A stretch of DNA of 63,909 bases, counting the filler, from Bdellovibrionales bacterium RIFOXYD12_FULL_39_22 (GTDB taxonomy: Bacteria > Bdellovibrionota > Bacteriovoracia > Bacteriovoracales > Bacteriovoracaceae), in the NCBI GenBank assembly GCA_001770205.1. It is 6 parts of 6 records of this genome, joined end to end, with 100 filler letters (N's around TTAATTAATTAA, not from the genome) between each part and the next. Parts side by side here need not be neighbours in the genome. Positions count along the whole stretch, not along the records: positions 58,477 to 63,909 come from MEQL01000028.1; 5 more parts are not named here. The stretch is one strand, 5' to 3'. The first letter of the stretch is position 1, and each line of letters starts with the position of its first letter. Under the pieces are notes generated by a model. It did no database searches. It saw nothing but the letters and a program-made list of their open reading frames with translations, and was not told the DNA's origin. Shown here in pieces: positions 60,532 through 63,909 of the stretch. Position numbers and translations under genes: made by a program.

Positions 60532-60671
60532 GATATTGTCCCAGAACTGATGTGTTTATTCATCACTTGAGTCCTAAGATCGATTATTCATTAGTTCGAT
60601 GTTAACCGAAATTTTAATTCAGAAAAAGTCATTTGAAAATTTTATATAAAAATAATTTTTACCGTCTAATA
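60532..60671 (-). repeat. Array leader L, copy 2
   Basis: Homologous to 33383-33524. Confidence 0.8.
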
Positions 60672-60672
60672 A

Positions 60673-60703
60673 CCTGAATTTGACCCTAAATTTCCCCACT
60701 ACA
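60673..60703 (-). repeat. Isolated IS1634 right end
   Basis: CCTGAATTTGACCCTAAATTTCCCCACTACA, identical to 37491 onward. Confidence 0.8.
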
Positions 60704-60704
60704 A

Positions 60705-60979
60705 GTTCCCGGCTTTTTAAAGGTTTTAATCGCTTTTACCAATGAGATAGTGGTTGAACTGGCAAAACATCTCCTGAAACCAAATGTTGCTCCCATCCCT
60801 GTTTAAATCGAAATGGGAACCGATCTAAGGCAGTTTATACATCGATTGGTAATGTTGATTTCGAATGGACTATGGTGAGATGTAAAAACTGTAACAAAGT
60901 GTTTCATCCTCTAAAGGATTTTTTTGATCTCGGGAAATATACCAAAATTTCCAATGAATTTGAAAAAATATGTATGAAC
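60705..60979 (+). pseudogene. ISLre2-like transposase fragment interrupted by the GAAC element
   Basis: Homologous to 33715-33925. Confidence 0.6.
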
Positions 60980-61174
60980 CTAGGAGGGATAAAAGGGGTC
61001 TCCCCAACTCCCCTCCGCTCTGAAATCCTACCAGAAATCCTAAAATCTTAGAACTAAAATTGTTAGCCAACTCTGAAAAGGCCGAAAGACGCGCGCGTTT
61101 ATGAAATCCCTTGGATTTGGCCGGCCAGAATACAAAGCTCTCACGAGCTTCTAGCTGAAACCTCTGTTATATTG
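60976..61174. mobile_element. 199-bp GAAC-anchored element, copy 2
   Basis: Near-identical to 11645-11843. Confidence 0.78.
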
Positions 61175-61212
61175 ATAGTTTTTTAAAGACATTTGATCGG
61201 ATGTATAAAAAT

Positions 61213-61319
61213 TTAATATTAAAAATCTGGGCCATGCCCGTTATTTCTTTGTCTTTGTGATCTTGCTCAAAAAAGCTACCCTTCCTGCGCAAGATTCATT
61301 ATCCGCTAACGTTCCCATT
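61213..61319 (-). repeat. Repeat R copy 4
   Basis: ATCTTGCGCAGGAAGG...CTTTTTTGAGCAAGAT...GGGCATGGCCCAGATTTTTAATATT. Confidence 0.85.
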
Positions 61320-61665
61320 GTAATTTTGTTGAATCTATTTTCGCTTCAATCGTTCGATCTATTTTAATTTTACTGTTGCGCTTGGATCGCTTCCCACGTT
61401 TTCTTTTTCCTTTACCATTTGGTGGTGGAGGCCCACTGCCTTCCATCGGTGGATCATTTTTTCTGCTATCAATTTTTGGTATCTGCGTTTCGCCTTCGAA
61501 TTTTCTAATCTTGTTTTTAAGGTCTACTATTTCTTTAGACAGATCACTATTTTGTTTCGACATCGATTCGAGAATACCGTAGAGGTGACGAACTACTAAG
61601 TCGCGAAGCTCTCCAAGGCCAAGTCCGTCAACAATGCTGCTAGTAATTTCTCTTAAATTGAACAT
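61306..61665 (-). pseudogene. Transposase N-terminal fragment (IS66-like), truncated at repeat R4
   Basis: Coiled coil LKNKIRKFEGE...PKI, basic patch, KIDRT. Confidence 0.5.
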
Positions 61666-61895
61666 TAAGAGATGATGCCATACTTAAAACAGAAGGCCGA
61701 ATAAAAAATAACTAATTCCTCACTTTTATGAGCATGCCCAAAATTATGGGCACCTCCTTGGTTCATACTTGTTTCCTTCTCAACATAAACATCAGATATT
61801 CCTCAGGTGCAATATTATTACGTATTTTAGCGGAAATAAGGGCCAAAGATATGTTAAAATTAACCGTAACGAATATAGAATCGAAATAGTAAAGG

Positions 61896-63569
61896 TTGTG
61901 CACAATGAGACTAGATATGAGAGAAAAATCACCTCAAATATTAAAAATGATCAGTATCATCAGTATCATATTGTTGGTTGGATGTTTGCCTAAGTCTAAA
62001 CTAATGCCTGTCTCTGCGCCTCAAGGAACACCTACAGTATTGTCGAAGCCCCAAATAGCTCCAACAGTCACACCTACACCGAACTCAATATCGTCAATGA
62101 CCCCTGATATCACCGCACCAACGAAAGGATCGGCCATAACCTCCACCAGCATTACGTCATCATCCCTCACTCTAAACTGGGGTGTCGCCACCGATGCGGT
62201 AACTGCACCGGCCTCTCTCCAATATAAAGTCGTTCGCTCGGCCTCAAACAATATTACAACCGTAGCAAATGCTAATGCCAATGGAGTTTTAATTTTAGAT
62301 TGGTCTGTTGCCGCTGTTACCTGCGCCGTTACTGGACTGACCGCGAGTACTTCATACTACTTTGCCGTACTGGTTAAAGATGCCGCTGGCAACGCTGCAA
62401 TTTATACTCCTATTTTGGCAACGACTCTTGTAACTACAGCTTTCGTTCTTGAAATATTTAACCGAAGTTCTGCTGCAATTGAATACGGTTTTGATTTAAT
62501 GGAAACTTTTGATGATATTCAAGATTGGCAAGGCTCACAAAGGCTTGGGCAGGCCGAGAAAGGGATAATGTCTTCTGATTATCCAAAGAGGATCGATGGA
62601 AGCAACACACCTCTTAACGTTTATGATTATTGGGTGTCGACAGATCCAGGCGATGATTTTATCAAAGACCATCGAGTTAATGGCGGAAAAATATGGGACC
62701 CCAAAAATACTGGAGTTGGTAAATCATTATGTATGGATTTGAGTCACCGAGGAGATAATGGATTGGGTAACGGAAAAAATTGGGGACCATCACGTTTTGG
62801 TACTTATTTTGGGAGTTTGGACGGAGTAACTGGTGATCATACACATGGATACAGAGAAATGTATGTTTTTTTTATGGTGTATATTAGTAAAAATCAATGG
62901 CCTACGCGGATTGATACAACGGTAAGTCCAAATATGGGGTATTACGTTGAAGGAGATCCATATACTTTTTTTGCCTCCTGGAAATTTATGACCATGGGGC
63001 AAGGTTTTAAGGAACCTTGGGTGCATTCGCAAGGTCCTGGTTCAGGGAATGTCCCGGAATATGCTAATGCTAAATCGACTTACGGTTGGTATCCCAATGT
63101 CGTTCATTACAAGCCACATGGTGGGTTACCTGAACTCAAGTATGGAGATATAAGCGACTATATTGGTACACAAACTAATCCTGAGGCCCCGTGTATAACA
63201 GAATCTCACGGCCTGCAACCAACGGGTTTTACAAATATTTCAAGTCCAGCTGATCAATGGATAGGTGTTGAAATTCGATATACTTTAAATACTCCAGGGA
63301 AAGATGATGGTAGTGAGCAAATGTGGTGGTACGAGGCAGATGGAACAGAACATCCCATAGCTCCTCTCACTGCACTTTGGCTGCAGTCAACCTGTAGTTT
63401 TAATCGTGGAGATAAAATGAATTTGTTTTTTATTGGAGGAAACAACAGCGCCACTTATCTTTGGGGTAATAGCATGGAACCTAGATACTATGTTGATGAT
63501 TTCATAATCCATGGTTCACGAATTGGTCCAACGTATTTTTCCAAAAAACTTGGGGAGAATCCAGGGTAA
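61896..63569 (+). CDS. Lipoprotein with FN3 domain and C-terminal beta-sandwich (polysaccharide lyase/ConA-like)
   Basis: Lipobox LVGC; P/T linker; LNW..ATD...VTGLTASTSYYFAVLVKDAAGN; WIGVEI...LNTPG..DG...YVDDFII. Confidence 0.75.
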   Translation: MCTMRLDMREKSPQILKMISIISIILLVGCLPKSKLMPVSAPQGTPTVLSKPQIAPTVTPTPNSISSMTPDITAPTKGSAITSTSITSSSLTLNWGVATDAVTAPASLQYKVVRSASNNITTVANANANGVLILDWSVAAVTCAVTGLTASTSYYFAVLVKDAAGNAAIYTPILATTLVTTAFVLEIFNRSSAAIEYGFDLMETFDDIQDWQGSQRLGQAEKGIMSSDYPKRIDGSNTPLNVYDYWVSTDPGDDFIKDHRVNGGKIWDPKNTGVGKSLCMDLSHRGDNGLGNGKNWGPSRFGTYFGSLDGVTGDHTHGYREMYVFFMVYISKNQWPTRIDTTVSPNMGYYVEGDPYTFFASWKFMTMGQGFKEPWVHSQGPGSGNVPEYANAKSTYGWYPNVVHYKPHGGLPELKYGDISDYIGTQTNPEAPCITESHGLQPTGFTNISSPADQWIGVEIRYTLNTPGKDDGSEQMWWYEADGTEHPIAPLTALWLQSTCSFNRGDKMNLFFIGGNNSATYLWGNSMEPRYYVDDFIIHGSRIGPTYFSKKLGENPG

Positions 63570-63702
63570 ATTTTTTATATCTATGGGAAATTCCTTTTTT
63601 GTCACCTAAGTTGAACATAGTCCGAGTTTGACAGTCCAGTATTCTGACTAAATCTTTAATTTTTTGTGGATAAAGTAGAGAAGAGGTCGTTAAACTTAAT
63701 CT

Positions 63703-63909
63703 GTGACAAAAAAGAAGAACAACACCTTCATAGAAATCTTGGAAGATTTCTGGGACAAGTTTAAGCAAAAACATACTGGATATGCAACAGATTATTACGA
63801 CTCCATAATTAATAAAACGATCTCCTGTGGCGATCCAACTTTTGGGTACGTTGAATATGGTTGCATGAATTGTGGCCAGTCAAGACACGTTGTCGCCTTC
63901 ACATGTAAA
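63703..63909 (+). CDS. IS91-family transposase N-terminus (zinc-binding domain), runs off the window
   Basis: Read by hand from GTG 63703: ...SCGDPTFGYVEYGCMNCGQSRHVVAFTCK. Confidence 0.85.
   Translation, partial: MTKKKNNTFIEILEDFWDKFKQKHTGYATDYYDSIINKTISCGDPTFGYVEYGCMNCGQSRHVVAFTCK

Overview
This window is not one continuous locus. It is six contigs (1-12104, 12205-23593, 23694-39057, 39158-49456, 49557-58376, 58477-63909) joined by 100-nt N-TTAATTAATTAA-N linkers, so adjacency across linkers has no biological meaning. Gene content and style suggest an AT-rich Bdellovibrionota-like genome (inference). Contig 1: housekeeping genes (folA, thyA, NamZ/DUF1343, Ala/Gly symporter, DUF1015, serA), an AbiEii-like toxin-antitoxin pair, a large secreted protein and IS debris. 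Contig 2: an attP-like site (tRNA 3'-end core with arm-type repeats on both sides), HigBA, and an unusual co-oriented cluster: HTH regulator with a sigma54-type promoter, two small secreted proteins with Gly-rich tails, an orphan family-5 solute-binding protein, a short stand-alone YcaO and a hybrid histidine kinase. This is a candidate peptide-modification/signalling system. Contig 3: IS3 and rve-type IS, a SelO-like/pepE/upp-like/DUF429-like operon, small secreted-protein genes separated by a conserved ~120-bp repeat, AAA-DUF4143 genes and IS1634 pieces. Contigs 4 and 5: two divergent compact conjugative (T4SS) loci, each with a TraD/VirD4 coupling protein and a Replic_Relax-like (wHTH + PD-(D/E)XK) protein instead of a visible HUH relaxase. 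Contig 6: a second repeat-separated secreted-gene array sharing a leader with the one on contig 3, a 199-bp GAAC-anchored element, an FN3 lipoprotein and the start of an IS91 transposase. No rRNA, full tRNA or CRISPR array was seen. All family calls come from motif recognition by eye, not database searches.
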